A stretch of 55,918 nucleotides of DNA from Candidatus Woesearchaeota archaeon (lineage in GTDB: Archaea > Nanobdellota > Nanobdellia > Pacearchaeales > UBA284): NCBI GenBank assembly GCA_964599615.1, contig CAZRGF010000006.1, positions 1 through 55,918 on the forward strand. The letters run 5' to 3'. Below the pieces are notes generated by a model. The model was not told the DNA's origin, searched no databases, and worked only from the letters and a program-made list of their open reading frames with translations. The position numbers were made by a program, and so were the translations under genes. Positions 10,528 through 20,296 of this stretch are shown one piece after another. How positions within the stretch are numbered: position 1 is the first letter of the stretch; each line of letters starts with the position of its first letter.

Positions 10528-11244
10528 ATGATTAATTACACGAGTTCCGAATATACAAAAAAAGGCAAATTAGGCTTGCTGGAGATTTTATTAGCTGGAG
10601 CTTTAAGTCTTGGTTTTTTAACAGTAGTTGGTTCTTGTGCAGTAAATAGATACAGGAGCAGGAGCCAAAGCAATAAGGCAGATACAGAAGAGGTTGTTGT
10701 AGAAAATCATTCGGCACTTCAAAAATCAAGAAAACAATCAAGAGAAAAAGTGGATATTTCTAAATTAGAGAATATTCCCCATTTAACAAAAAATCTCACA
10801 AAACACTATGCTATAGATGTAGATGATTTAAGAGAACCTAAAATCCTTTATCTTACTACATTTACGGGTGAGTATTCTGGTGCTTCTAATAGGCACCTCG
10901 ATTCTAAAGAGTATTATTGTGCTCTTAGGGTAAACTATGATGGAGAACTTTCTAAAGAACAATGGTTTCCAGATAAACCCATAATTGTAGTTTTAACTAA
11001 CCCAAAAACTGGTAAAAGCATTGAATGTCCATTATTAGACTATGGGCCAGGAACAAGAGTCACAAGAAAAGCTGGAAATCAGATTGTTGATGTTTCTCCA
11101 AGAGTTGCTAGAGAGTTGTTTGGTGTTGGAAGAAGTGGGAGAGTGGATAAAAGGGAAGTTATTGTTCAATGGAAAGATTTAGATTTAGGCAAATCGACAA
11201 TTCTAGCTACTGCCACAAACCCGGAACTTTATTCTTACAATTAG
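10528..11244 (+). CDS. RlpA-like double-psi beta-barrel protein
   Basis: VVLTNPKTGKSIECPLLDYGP...IVDVSPRVAREL resembles the RlpA/DPBB pattern; N-terminal hydrophobic segment ending GSC. Confidence 0.6.
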   Translation: MINYTSSEYTKKGKLGLLEILLAGALSLGFLTVVGSCAVNRYRSRSQSNKADTEEVVVENHSALQKSRKQSREKVDISKLENIPHLTKNLTKHYAIDVDDLREPKILYLTTFTGEYSGASNRHLDSKEYYCALRVNYDGELSKEQWFPDKPIIVVLTNPKTGKSIECPLLDYGPGTRVTRKAGNQIVDVSPRVARELFGVGRSGRVDKREVIVQWKDLDLGKSTILATATNPELYSYN

Positions 11245-12220
11245 GGCATTTTCCCCTTTTGATTTTATTCTCGATAACAAGAAAATTCCTTCTTTTTATC
11301 AAAACTTGGTTGCAATTAGGGCAGAAAGTTGTTGAACCTTCTTCGTCTTTTATATTCCCTGTGTAGACAAATTTTAAATCCTGTTGTTTTGCTATAGCTT
11401 TTGCCTTAAATAAAAACTCTGGTTGAGTGGGAGGGACATTTGTTAATTTATAACAAGGATAGAACGCTGAAAAATGCAAGGGAACTTCTGTTCCGAGATT
11501 CTCTTTTATCCAAGAGATTGTCTGTTTTATCTCTTCTGTGTTGTCATTATATCCGGGAATAATGAGATTAGTTATCTCAAGCCAGACTTTTTTTTCTTTT
11601 AATAATTTTAGTGTTTCTAGAACAGGCTCTATTCTGCCTTCGCAGATCTTTTCATAGAATAATGCGTTTCCTTTCAAATCTATATTAGCTGCTTTGATAT
11701 AAGGGATTAATTTTTTCAAAGGCGCAGGATTAATAAAACCATTAGAGACTATAGCACATTTTATTTTTTCTTTTTTAGCTAGTTTTGCAATGTCTAGCAT
11801 GTACTCATAAAATACTGTTGGTTCAGTATAAGTAAAAGAAATACTCTTAACATTATTTGCTTTTGCTTGTTCAACAATTGATTCAGGAGAAGCTTCAAGA
11901 TGAGGAACATCTTCAAACCTTGCTTGGGAGATTTGATAGTTCTGACAATGTGTACAATGCAGGTTACAGCCTGTTGTTGCTATGCTCAGAGATTTTGAAG
12001 AAGGAAGAAAATGGTAAAAAGGTTTTTTTTCAATAGGGTCAATTGAAATAGAACAGGGTTTTCCGTAGACTAATGAATAGAGTTTGTCATTCATGTTAGC
12101 CCGAGCGCCGCAAGAGCCCCTTTCAGAATTTTTTATAACACAGAATCGAGGGCATAGTTGACATTGAATGTCCTTATTTTTTAACAGTTTATAGAATAGG
12201 GCCTCCTTTAATTCTGTCAT
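11207..12220 (-). CDS. amrS: AmmeMemoRadiSam system radical SAM enzyme
   Basis: CQLCPRFC, DPIEKKPFYHF, GCNLHCTHCQN, FTYTEP, TFCPNC. Confidence 0.92.
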   Translation of the reverse strand: MTELKEALFYKLLKNKDIQCQLCPRFCVIKNSERGSCGARANMNDKLYSLVYGKPCSISIDPIEKKPFYHFLPSSKSLSIATTGCNLHCTHCQNYQISQARFEDVPHLEASPESIVEQAKANNVKSISFTYTEPTVFYEYMLDIAKLAKKEKIKCAIVSNGFINPAPLKKLIPYIKAANIDLKGNALFYEKICEGRIEPVLETLKLLKEKKVWLEITNLIIPGYNDNTEEIKQTISWIKENLGTEVPLHFSAFYPCYKLTNVPPTQPEFLFKAKAIAKQQDLKFVYTGNIKDEEGSTTFCPNCNQVLIKRRNFLVIENKIKRGKCPNCKNKVPGLWQ

Positions 12221-12235
12221 GAATTTAAAAGAGAT

Positions 12236-12634
12236 TTATGGTTTTAAAGGTTTTGGAACTATGGAATAATGCAAAGTATCTTCTAAAATTGAATCTCTAA
12301 ATGTAGAATTTGCTTTTGGCGGATAATAATTAGCAAGTCTTTCATAATTAGATGTTTCATAATTGGCTGCAAAATAAAGGGCAGTAAGCACAATAGCTGA
12401 TCCTGCTACAATAAGAGAATTTCTAATGAAATTTTTGATTTTTCTCGAATGTAATTTTTTGCTATGTTCCCTTGTTGGACTGTATTCCCAAGTATGAATC
12501 TCAAGTGCTTCCATTAATTCCCAAAAAGGTATTTCTTGTATCCCCGATCCTGGCACTTTGCCGAGTTTTTGCATTAATCCCCTTCTCTCTTTCCTTGATG
12601 CTGTTTTGAATTTTTCATCTTTTTTCTCATTCAT
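12236..12634 (-). CDS. Hypothetical membrane protein
   Basis: One TM segment; overlaps the upstream ORF by 8 nt. Confidence 0.55.
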   Translation of the reverse strand: MNEKKDEKFKTASRKERRGLMQKLGKVPGSGIQEIPFWELMEALEIHTWEYSPTREHSKKLHSRKIKNFIRNSLIVAGSAIVLTALYFAANYETSNYERLANYYPPKANSTFRDSILEDTLHYSIVPKPLKP

Positions 12635-12944
12635 TTTGTTTCTCCTCCAATAATTTTTCTAGCTCTTCATCTGTTGCTAATGGTTCAAGATGCGCTTTTT
12701 TTTCGATACCTCTCATACGCTCATAGGCTACAGAACGAAGAGCTTGCATTCTTTGATCGTTTTTATACTCCAATGTGCTTCTCCAAGCGTCAAAATACGA
12801 ATATCTTGCGTTTGTTGCACTCTTTCGGTATAGCCCGAGGATTAAGTCTAAAAAGTTGGGGTATTCTATATCTCCATTACTGATACTACTTTCTACTGAA
12901 CTAATTGCTAACCTTTTTTCAACTTCGGGAAGCTTGTTTGTCAT
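12627..12944 (-). CDS. Hypothetical protein
   Basis: 105-aa ORF with GGAG SD-like upstream, divergent from trmB-like gene. Confidence 0.55.
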   Translation of the reverse strand: MTNKLPEVEKRLAISSVESSISNGDIEYPNFLDLILGLYRKSATNARYSYFDAWRSTLEYKNDQRMQALRSVAYERMRGIEKKAHLEPLATDEELEKLLEEKQNE

Positions 12945-12993
12945 TTTATTTCTCTCCAGTTATAAAAAAGTCGCGTTTTTTGTTCTTTAATCT

Positions 12994-13016
12994 ATGTTGT
13001 TATTAGATGACAACAT
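12994..13016. promoter_or_regulatory. Putative operator palindrome
   Basis: ATGTTGTTAT-TAG-ATGACAACAT (1 mismatch) between divergent genes. Confidence 0.5.
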
Positions 13017-13041
13017 TTTTAAGCCTGTAAGGTTTAGAGAG

Positions 13042-13767
13042 ATGGGGTCGAAAATGATAAAAGAAACGCTAATAGAATTTGGATTGACTGATAAGGAAGC
13101 TGAAATTTATATCAAGTTATTAGAAGAAAGGAGCTGTACTGCTTCAAGGATTTCTAAGCTTTCGAAGATGAACAGAACAACAGCCTATCTTGAACTTGGG
13201 AATTTGATGAAAAAAGGTTTAGTCAGTTATATCATCAAAGATTCAAAAAGATATTATCAAGCAGCTTCTCCTGGAAAGTTTTTAGAGATATTGAATACCA
13301 AAAAAGCAAAGATAAAAGAGATTTTGCCTAGTTTAAAAGACTTGCATAAATCAATTGAACCTTTCAAGTTCGAGGTTTTTGAAGGCAAAGAAGGAATAAA
13401 AACATTTTATCAAGATATTTTGAATAATGCTGGAGAAGTTTTAGCTTTTGGAGTTACTGGAAATGCTTTTGAGATTTTAAAATATGACTTCCCCCATTTT
13501 GTCAAGAAATATGAAAAAGCGGGGATAAAAGCAAGATATCTAGCAAATGGCTCTGCTAAAGAATTATTGAAGCAATTGCCAAAATCAGGAGTCAAGATAA
13601 AGTATCTTCCTGAAAAATATTATTCTGATATAACCACAATTATCTATAAAAATAAGGTCGCTATTCAATCTCTTATCAAGGACAATTTGTTTGTGGTAGT
13701 TATCTCTGACAAGATGCTTTACGAGGGATACAGGAATTATTTTGAGTTTATGTGGAAATTGATATAA
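13042..13767 (+). CDS. TrmB family transcriptional regulator
   Basis: FGLTDKEAEIY..L HTH, EGKEGIK, PLD-like C-domain; start likely 13042 or 13054. Confidence 0.85.
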   Translation: MGSKMIKETLIEFGLTDKEAEIYIKLLEERSCTASRISKLSKMNRTTAYLELGNLMKKGLVSYIIKDSKRYYQAASPGKFLEILNTKKAKIKEILPSLKDLHKSIEPFKFEVFEGKEGIKTFYQDILNNAGEVLAFGVTGNAFEILKYDFPHFVKKYEKAGIKARYLANGSAKELLKQLPKSGVKIKYLPEKYYSDITTIIYKNKVAIQSLIKDNLFVVVISDKMLYEGYRNYFEFMWKLI

Positions 13768-13812
13768 AAAGCTATCAGAAAGCTTTTTATATAGTGTTTT
13801 TTTAAGATAAAG

Positions 13813-14121
13813 ATGGCACACACAAGGATAAGATTGTCATCAATAAATATAACGAAGTTAAATGAGATAATTGGTGCAGTCAAAGAAATTTCAGGAAAAT
13901 CTGGCGTTGTAATGAAGGGGCCTATTCCACTTCCTACACGAAAGTTAAAAGTGACTACAAGAAAGTCTCCATGTGGGAATGGAAAAGCGACTTTTGACAG
14001 ATTTGAAATGAGAATCCATAAAAGAGTTATTGATTTGCCTTCTGATGAACGTGTCCTCCATAGTATCATGAGACTTCCTATTCCAAAAGAAGTTAATGTT
14101 GAAATTGAGATGATTGAGTAA
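13813..14121 (+). CDS. rpsJ: 30S ribosomal protein uS10
   Basis: GPIPLPT..RKSPCGNG..FDRFEMRIHKRVIDL. Confidence 0.97.
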   Translation: MAHTRIRLSSINITKLNEIIGAVKEISGKSGVVMKGPIPLPTRKLKVTTRKSPCGNGKATFDRFEMRIHKRVIDLPSDERVLHSIMRLPIPKEVNVEIEMIE

Positions 14122-14250
14122 TTTTAGTTATATGTGTAAATAAATATTAATCTGGTTCTGGAGATTGTTAAAATTAATTCTAAAGAATACTACTAAAATA
14201 CGCATACACCCATAGCTGTACTAAAATGCAGAAATTAAACTAACAAGTAA

Positions 14251-15177
14251 TTAAGGAAACAATGTGATTGACTTAGAAACACTAGCGATGTACTTATATG
14301 CCAAGTTTATCTTAAGAGGAGCTGCATTTGTCTGCATCCCGATTATTTTTGAACATGTGACTTTTCTTGCTACAGGAGCCATTCCATTTGTGCCTTCTAT
14401 TGTTGAACCGCTAAGAGATTGAATACTGCATTTCAAGTCCGGTTCATTTCCTGTATCAATGTAGACTTCAACAAATCCTTCTTTTAATTGTTCTTTTGTT
14501 CTTGCACTCGAATCAGTCCCATATAATTTATCACAATCCAAATCAGAATAATAAACCTTGCCTCCTCCTTTGTTTTCTATCAAGAAAGAGATATAAAGTT
14601 TATTTCCTTGTGTCTGTTCTGACATGTTGGTTATTTGAATAGGAGCATTTGTGTTTGAACCTGTCCTGATCTTGTTCCCAGAAAGAGGGCACATTCCATC
14701 TCCTTGGCCTATACAAACAGTTGCTTCTGTGTGTGTTGCATAATTATAACAAACATCTGCTTTCATTGAAAAATTAAAAGCATTATTCATGTTCGCTAAG
14801 GAAGATGTTGCTTGTTCTGCGAATTTAAGGACTTCAAAACCAGCTTCCTGTTGTTCTGTTTTCTTAGTAAGCTGATTCTGGTTTATCAAGTTCGTTTGAA
14901 CTCCTTCTAAATTATTTCCAATTCCAGTTAAATAGAACCTTGCTGTTCCTGGAGCTACATCATAACCCCCATAATTTTCAGCTTTAAGATATATTGGGAA
15001 CAAAGTCCCAGAATTTATTATTGAAGGTGGAGCATTATCTACAAAGCTAAGAGTCAAACCAGTTGTATTAAACACATTTGTGTCCTTTGACTGACTGCAT
15101 CCTGTTTGTGTTGCCCCTAAGCTGAGCAATGCTAAGAATGCTATTGTCATGAAAATCAAAGATATTTTATTTTTCAT
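14251..15177 (-). CDS. Secreted/lipoprotein-like hypothetical protein
   Basis: Signal peptide ending QTGC; beta-rich Ig-like character. Confidence 0.7.
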   Translation of the reverse strand: MKNKISLIFMTIAFLALLSLGATQTGCSQSKDTNVFNTTGLTLSFVDNAPPSIINSGTLFPIYLKAENYGGYDVAPGTARFYLTGIGNNLEGVQTNLINQNQLTKKTEQQEAGFEVLKFAEQATSSLANMNNAFNFSMKADVCYNYATHTEATVCIGQGDGMCPLSGNKIRTGSNTNAPIQITNMSEQTQGNKLYISFLIENKGGGKVYYSDLDCDKLYGTDSSARTKEQLKEGFVEVYIDTGNEPDLKCSIQSLSGSTIEGTNGMAPVARKVTCSKIIGMQTNAAPLKINLAYKYIASVSKSITLFP

Positions 15178-15296
15178 TTTTTCCTCTTTTGCTGATTTAT
15201 TATGGATTTATGGATTTTTAAATTTATTGTCTATACCGTATTGTTAAGTTAGCGAGTGCTGGGGAGCAAGCCCCCCTTTTCTTCAAAAGTTTATGT

Positions 15297-15683
15297 TTAT
15301 CTTAATTTGCACAATCTAATCAAGGGGTGCAAATTCTTTGATGGAAAGTGGTTAGTCCACTGATACTTATCATGCTCTTTGCTTAACTTTATATAATTAG
15401 TTAATGACTCAGCTTTATAAAAAGTTAGAATAAAATGTTTATTCCTTCTCTTTGGAATTGCATCAATTGTATTAAGTTCCTTAAAGTTTTTTGCTTTCAG
15501 TCCGGTTTCTTCCTTAACTTCCCTAATAGCTGCCTGCATTCTTGTTTCTAAAAATTCAACATGCCCGCCAGGAAAATCCCAATATCCTGGAAGACCTTTA
15601 TCATTCTTGCTTCTTCTTACAAGAAGAATCTTGCCCTTATGATAAATTACTGCCTTTACAAGAGGTTTTATTCTACCATTCAT
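15297..15683 (-). CDS. NUDIX hydrolase
   Basis: Nudix box GGHVEFLETRMQAAIREVKEETGL. Confidence 0.9.
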   Translation of the reverse strand: MNGRIKPLVKAVIYHKGKILLVRRSKNDKGLPGYWDFPGGHVEFLETRMQAAIREVKEETGLKAKNFKELNTIDAIPKRRNKHFILTFYKAESLTNYIKLSKEHDKYQWTNHFPSKNLHPLIRLCKLR

Positions 15684-15875
15684 TTTCCCAGCCAAGTATC
15701 TTGATTCCAGTATTCATTTAGATGGGTAATTTTACTATCTTTCATTTTTAGAATCATTATTCCAACTGTCATATTTTTTTTATCTACATGTGTTTATTAT
15801 CTTGTTTTTGTCTTTTGGTTTTCGAAGCTCTTAAAAACAATGTAATACCTTGAGACTTATCGACCTAGCCTAGGT

Positions 15876-16814
15876 TTATGAGATTTGGCTTGTGTCAATT
15901 GAGAAACTATAATCTCTTGAAAGTTCTACGCCATATATCATTGTTGTGATAAAGTCATAATCTTGTCTTTGTGCTCCCTGATATAACACCGTTGAACAGC
16001 GAAGTGTTTTTTGGTCTTTTATCTCCAAAACATTGCCTACTAATTGATTGTTTGTTGTCCTGCAGTCTAGCGGTTTACCTGCTAATTTTGCGCTGAAAAA
16101 TGTCTTGTTCTCATTTTCTTCTAGAAAGTCCTGCAAGAAGATCTTTGAGCCTGAATTCTTAGTGAAAGTCAATTCTAGATTGACTTTGTAAGCATCTCCC
16201 TGGGAATAGATTGATTTTTGCATACTAACCATAACCTGAGAAGGTTCTTGGGCAATTGGTGGTTGTTCTTGAACCGGGACATAAACAGTTGTTGTTGCAT
16301 CATTTGTTTCAAGATATTTTACATTTACTGTAATACTGGAGCTAAAGGGCTGGTTCATCTTGGGCAGTCCCGTATAGGTATATTGTCCATATTCTGGAAA
16401 ATATACTTCTTTTGTTCCGGGAATAATCTCATCACTTGATGAAGAACCCATCAGACCAGAAGATTCTTTTTTAACTGTTTCTGCTGCTGGAACTGAAATA
16501 TCTTGGCAGTTTCCTTCTGTTGGAATTCCACCGTACTGGTCTAAAATGCTGTCTTTGACGCAAAGTTTTACTTGTCGCTCTTTTTTATCATAATTGCTTA
16601 CTTTAATACCAATAAAGAAAGTTTCTCCTGGCTGAATAGTTTTTCCTGATGTTAGCGTATCTGTTCTTGAAATCAGAGAAAAATCAATTCCAGTTTTTCC
16701 TGAGTTGGGATTTGTTGGAGTGCAGCCTTCTTGACCTGAAATAAAGACTAATGATAATATTATTAAGGAGATTAAAATTATTTTTGACATATTCTCTCTT
16801 TTTTTCATTTTCAA
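15876..16814 (-). CDS. Secreted/lipoprotein-like hypothetical protein
   Basis: Signal peptide ending SGQEGC; architecture like 14251-15177. Confidence 0.7.
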   Translation of the reverse strand: MKMKKRENMSKIILISLIILSLVFISGQEGCTPTNPNSGKTGIDFSLISRTDTLTSGKTIQPGETFFIGIKVSNYDKKERQVKLCVKDSILDQYGGIPTEGNCQDISVPAAETVKKESSGLMGSSSSDEIIPGTKEVYFPEYGQYTYTGLPKMNQPFSSSITVNVKYLETNDATTTVYVPVQEQPPIAQEPSQVMVSMQKSIYSQGDAYKVNLELTFTKNSGSKIFLQDFLEENENKTFFSAKLAGKPLDCRTTNNQLVGNVLEIKDQKTLRCSTVLYQGAQRQDYDFITTMIYGVELSRDYSFSIDTSQIS

Positions 16815-16848
16815 TGATATATCCCTGTTTTCTCAAGCTTTTATATTT

Positions 16849-18291
16849 TTATCCTGATGGTTGTTTTATTATTTTTGTGGAGTATCTGGATTCTACAGTA
16901 TAACTTGATTCGATTTCAATTGCCGCTCTTTCAGCATAAATAGGGGCCTTGGTAACTTGAAGATAACAAGAGAAAGAATATTCTTTATCTACAGAGTCAT
17001 AAGAGATATAATTCGCTTTCATCCATGTTTCGTTTATATTCCTTATCACAAGTTCATTTCCTTCTGCACTGAAATAGTCACAATCTGCCATTATTCCTTC
17101 TGGGAAGATAATCCTTATTATCTCAATATTTTTTAGGGTTGTGTCTTCATCCCTTTGTTTTATTGCGATGTAGAACTTGTAGCCGCCTTGTTTGCCCTGA
17201 TCAAAAGGAAGATCATTTGGAGAATGAAGGGCGATGGAATAAGGGACATTATTCGCCAATTCTGTCTTTACTTGTTTTGGACCTACGCTAGAATACTTTT
17301 GTCCGATATAAATTGGCCAGACACCATTTAAGATTACGGGCCTTTCCAAGACAAGATAGACATTTGTTGAACAAACGTTTTTTGGATTTGTAGAAGTTGC
17401 TGTACATTCAGGAACTTCACTTGAACAAGTCAAAGAAGTTTCCTGAGTTTCAGAAGACATGTCAAAAACAAATTCATTCCCAGAAGCATAGCTTCCCATA
17501 TTCTCTATCCTAATTTCGCGGCTTTTTTCAAAATTATCCCCCAAGTAGCATTTCGGGACTAGATGCAATTTGAACACTTCGGGGTTTGATACAGAAATAA
17601 GAGCATCTAACTTAATGGTATCTTGTCTAATGTCTTTATTTTTAAAATTGACATTCACTTCTAAGACCTCTTCAGGGCTTTGTATTTCAGGATCCCAATT
17701 AATCCAGAAAGGACATCTTGGGTCTGCTTGGAAACAATACTTCCATTTTGCAACTTCTTGTAGACCATCCCCTACAACTTTTCCAACAGGGTCTAAACCA
17801 ATTTTCCAGTATTCAAGAGCTGCACTTCCTCCTGCAGGCAATATAAAGAGATTGATTAATAACCCAAGAATAATTCCCACTATTAATCCTGAAAGTATCC
17901 TAGAGCCTCGGTCTCCTAAAATCTGTACTATCAAGGATTTTACAAGAACAAATAACATCAAGGCAATAGCGCCAAGAAGAGCTCCAGAGAACAACATAAT
18001 CGCTGTCCCCAATAAACCATTTAATCCAAGAGCGATTATTGAGAATATGCTCAATAAAACACCCATAATTGCTCCAAAAATTGCTCCAGGAATCATTACC
18101 TCCTTCATTTTTTCCCAAAGTTCGTTTGTACCACCTCCTGTTCCTGCACTGAGTTGTCCAGGTTTAAGGAGACGTATATTCACATTCTTTGGTTTATCTT
18201 CCCCATCCCCTTTTTCAGATTTGGAAATAAGGCCTATTAACCCGCCTATAACTGCACAAAGTATGATTATTGTTAAACCGCTTACTACCAT
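16849..18291 (-). CDS. Multi-pass membrane protein with large extracellular domain
   Basis: About four Gly-rich TM helices followed by a Cys-containing soluble domain. Confidence 0.7.
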   Translation of the reverse strand: MVVSGLTIIILCAVIGGLIGLISKSEKGDGEDKPKNVNIRLLKPGQLSAGTGGGTNELWEKMKEVMIPGAIFGAIMGVLLSIFSIIALGLNGLLGTAIMLFSGALLGAIALMLFVLVKSLIVQILGDRGSRILSGLIVGIILGLLINLFILPAGGSAALEYWKIGLDPVGKVVGDGLQEVAKWKYCFQADPRCPFWINWDPEIQSPEEVLEVNVNFKNKDIRQDTIKLDALISVSNPEVFKLHLVPKCYLGDNFEKSREIRIENMGSYASGNEFVFDMSSETQETSLTCSSEVPECTATSTNPKNVCSTNVYLVLERPVILNGVWPIYIGQKYSSVGPKQVKTELANNVPYSIALHSPNDLPFDQGKQGGYKFYIAIKQRDEDTTLKNIEIIRIIFPEGIMADCDYFSAEGNELVIRNINETWMKANYISYDSVDKEYSFSCYLQVTKAPIYAERAAIEIESSYTVESRYSTKIIKQPSG

Positions 18292-18462
18292 TTTTTTCCT
18301 CTTTTGATTATTGAGAAAACTAAAATCTCGCAATATATAAAATCTTTGTTTTTAATTTATCTCTTTCATCTATAATCCACTAATGTTAGAGAATATTTTA
18401 CATGCTTCTATGATATCTTTTTATCACAAGAATCTTTATAAAATTAAAAGAGTTAAAAAAAG

Positions 18463-19059
18463 ATGGCTACAAGCGAAAGGAGTGCAAGCAATCAAACAAG
18501 TGCAAGTGAAACAGCATATTGGAGAATTTCTGGGCCTTATCTAGTTTCACATGCTGTCACTGGTTTTTACGAGGCATTAAGGAGGGGAGATGAAATAACT
18601 ATTGATAGTTATATGGAAAATAGCTGTTCAAATTTTCCTCTAAGAATTCTTAGACAAATTAGAAAGGATTGTGAAACAATCGTTTTTCTGGAATATCTTG
18701 GTAGGGAAGCAAGAAAAAGGGGAATTGTTCCGGAAATTTCAAGACTTACTAAACCTCAAAATGAAAGAGAAAGAATTCAACAAAGACTTGATAATAAAAG
18801 ACAGAGAGTTTGGAGGGAAATAGAAAAAGACCTTAAATGGGCGGGTATGCTTGAATCAGTTATACCCTATACTTTTTGGGGCAGAGTTGCACCCGGCTAT
18901 GAAAAACGGGAGGAGGGTGTAATAAATCTTAGGGAAGCATGTGGCGCACGAAGAAGAGCTGCTGATTTAGCGTATATCAAAGCATTGAGAACGGAAGGGC
19001 TTTATAAGGAAAGTGAATTAGAGAGGAAAGATTTGGGTTTGGTTGTACATCGTGATTAA
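18463..19059 (+). CDS. Hypothetical protein
   Basis: 198-aa ORF; TTTATAAA 28 nt upstream. Confidence 0.6.
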   Translation: MATSERSASNQTSASETAYWRISGPYLVSHAVTGFYEALRRGDEITIDSYMENSCSNFPLRILRQIRKDCETIVFLEYLGREARKRGIVPEISRLTKPQNERERIQQRLDNKRQRVWREIEKDLKWAGMLESVIPYTFWGRVAPGYEKREEGVINLREACGARRRAADLAYIKALRTEGLYKESELERKDLGLVVHRD

Positions 19060-19243
19060 ATTTTTTCTATTGAATTTTTTAAATGTGGTTTCATTAAATT
19101 TAAAAATTCAGATTATCTACCTTTACTATGTCAGATTACATATGTTCGGAACAGAGAAAAAGCAAAAAACAATTGAAAAAAAAGAGAATGTATAATGTTT
19201 ATAAAAAGGGCGGTCATGGAAGAACGGAAAAGGGAATTGAAAA

Positions 19244-20293
19244 ATGAATGTGCTTTTTATGGGGGATATTATCTTGATAGTCCTAGCTTTGGCTGCTTTG
19301 ATTGTAGCTTCTTATACTGATTTTAAAAAAAGAGAAGTCGCTAATTGGGTCTCTTTTTCTTTGGTAATCGTGGCCATAATTCTAAGAACAATTGTATCTA
19401 TTTTATTGTATACCAATTTTTTGAGCATAGTCTTGAGTGTAGGAATGTTATTAGTCTTTTTGCTTGGTTTTTTCTTTTTATTAAGGAATCAGAAACCTTG
19501 GTTGGAGTATATTGTTGCAATTATCTTTATGATTATATGGTTTTTTACTAGCTCTTTTCATTTAGATTATATCCGCCCGGTTTTTCTTATTTTTGGAATT
19601 TTTATTATCCTGGGCAATGTGATGTACTACACAAAGATTTCAGGGGGAGCTGATGTGAAAATCTTGCTAGCTTTGGCAGTTGCTTTTTCAACAACACCTA
19701 CTTTTTTACATCAAAGCTATAATCTTTATATCCCTTTATTCTCTGGGCTGGTTTTTTCATCAAGTCCATTTATCTTTGATTTTATTGTTAACAGCTTGTT
19801 TGTTGGGTTTGTTTTTGGTTTGGTTTTTTCGCTAGTCATAGCGTTGCGAAACAAGAATCTCTTTATAGAATCTTTTAAGAAAATTAATCGAAAATTCTTC
19901 TTGCTTAAGATAATATTCTTGTTTTTTGGAATAGTTTTTCTAGTTCTTTCTTTAAGTGACAGTGTTTTTATTATCTTGGGACTTGCTTTGTTGATTATAC
20001 CCTATCTTATTGTCTTTGTCAATTCTGTTCAACAATCTTGCATGGTAAAATTAAAATCATGGAAAGAATTGACAGAAGGAGATTGGCTTGTTGATAAGGT
20101 AAAGATAGGAAAAAAAGTTTTAAAGAAAAGTGCAGACGGTCTGACTAGAAAAGACATTCTTCTGATAAAAAAATCAGGGAAGAAAGTCTTGGTCTTAGAC
20201 GGAATGCCGTTTGTCCCTGTTTTCTTGATTTCTATTATTTTGGGCTTGATAATAGGCAACTTATTGTTTCTATTATTAGAGATTATGACCTAA
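19244..20293 (+). CDS. Prepilin/prearchaellin peptidase (A24 family)
   Basis: ASYTDFKKREV and GGADVK catalytic Asp motifs, C-terminal MPFVP, multi-TM. Confidence 0.9.
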   Translation: MNVLFMGDIILIVLALAALIVASYTDFKKREVANWVSFSLVIVAIILRTIVSILLYTNFLSIVLSVGMLLVFLLGFFFLLRNQKPWLEYIVAIIFMIIWFFTSSFHLDYIRPVFLIFGIFIILGNVMYYTKISGGADVKILLALAVAFSTTPTFLHQSYNLYIPLFSGLVFSSSPFIFDFIVNSLFVGFVFGLVFSLVIALRNKNLFIESFKKINRKFFLLKIIFLFFGIVFLVLSLSDSVFIILGLALLIIPYLIVFVNSVQQSCMVKLKSWKELTEGDWLVDKVKIGKKVLKKSADGLTRKDILLIKKSGKKVLVLDGMPFVPVFLISIILGLIIGNLLFLLLEIMT

Positions 20294-20296
20294 ATT

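Noticed and set aside
12994-13041. N-terminal extension of the TrmB gene
   Set aside because: Overlaps the operator palindrome and TATA box; real start is likely 13042 or 13054.
15250-15280. GC-rich patch as a possible tRNA or ncRNA
   Set aside because: Too short, no cloverleaf or T-loop; at most a small hairpin.
17570-18307. 245-aa + strand ORF
   Set aside because: Antisense shadow of the membrane protein gene 16849-18291.
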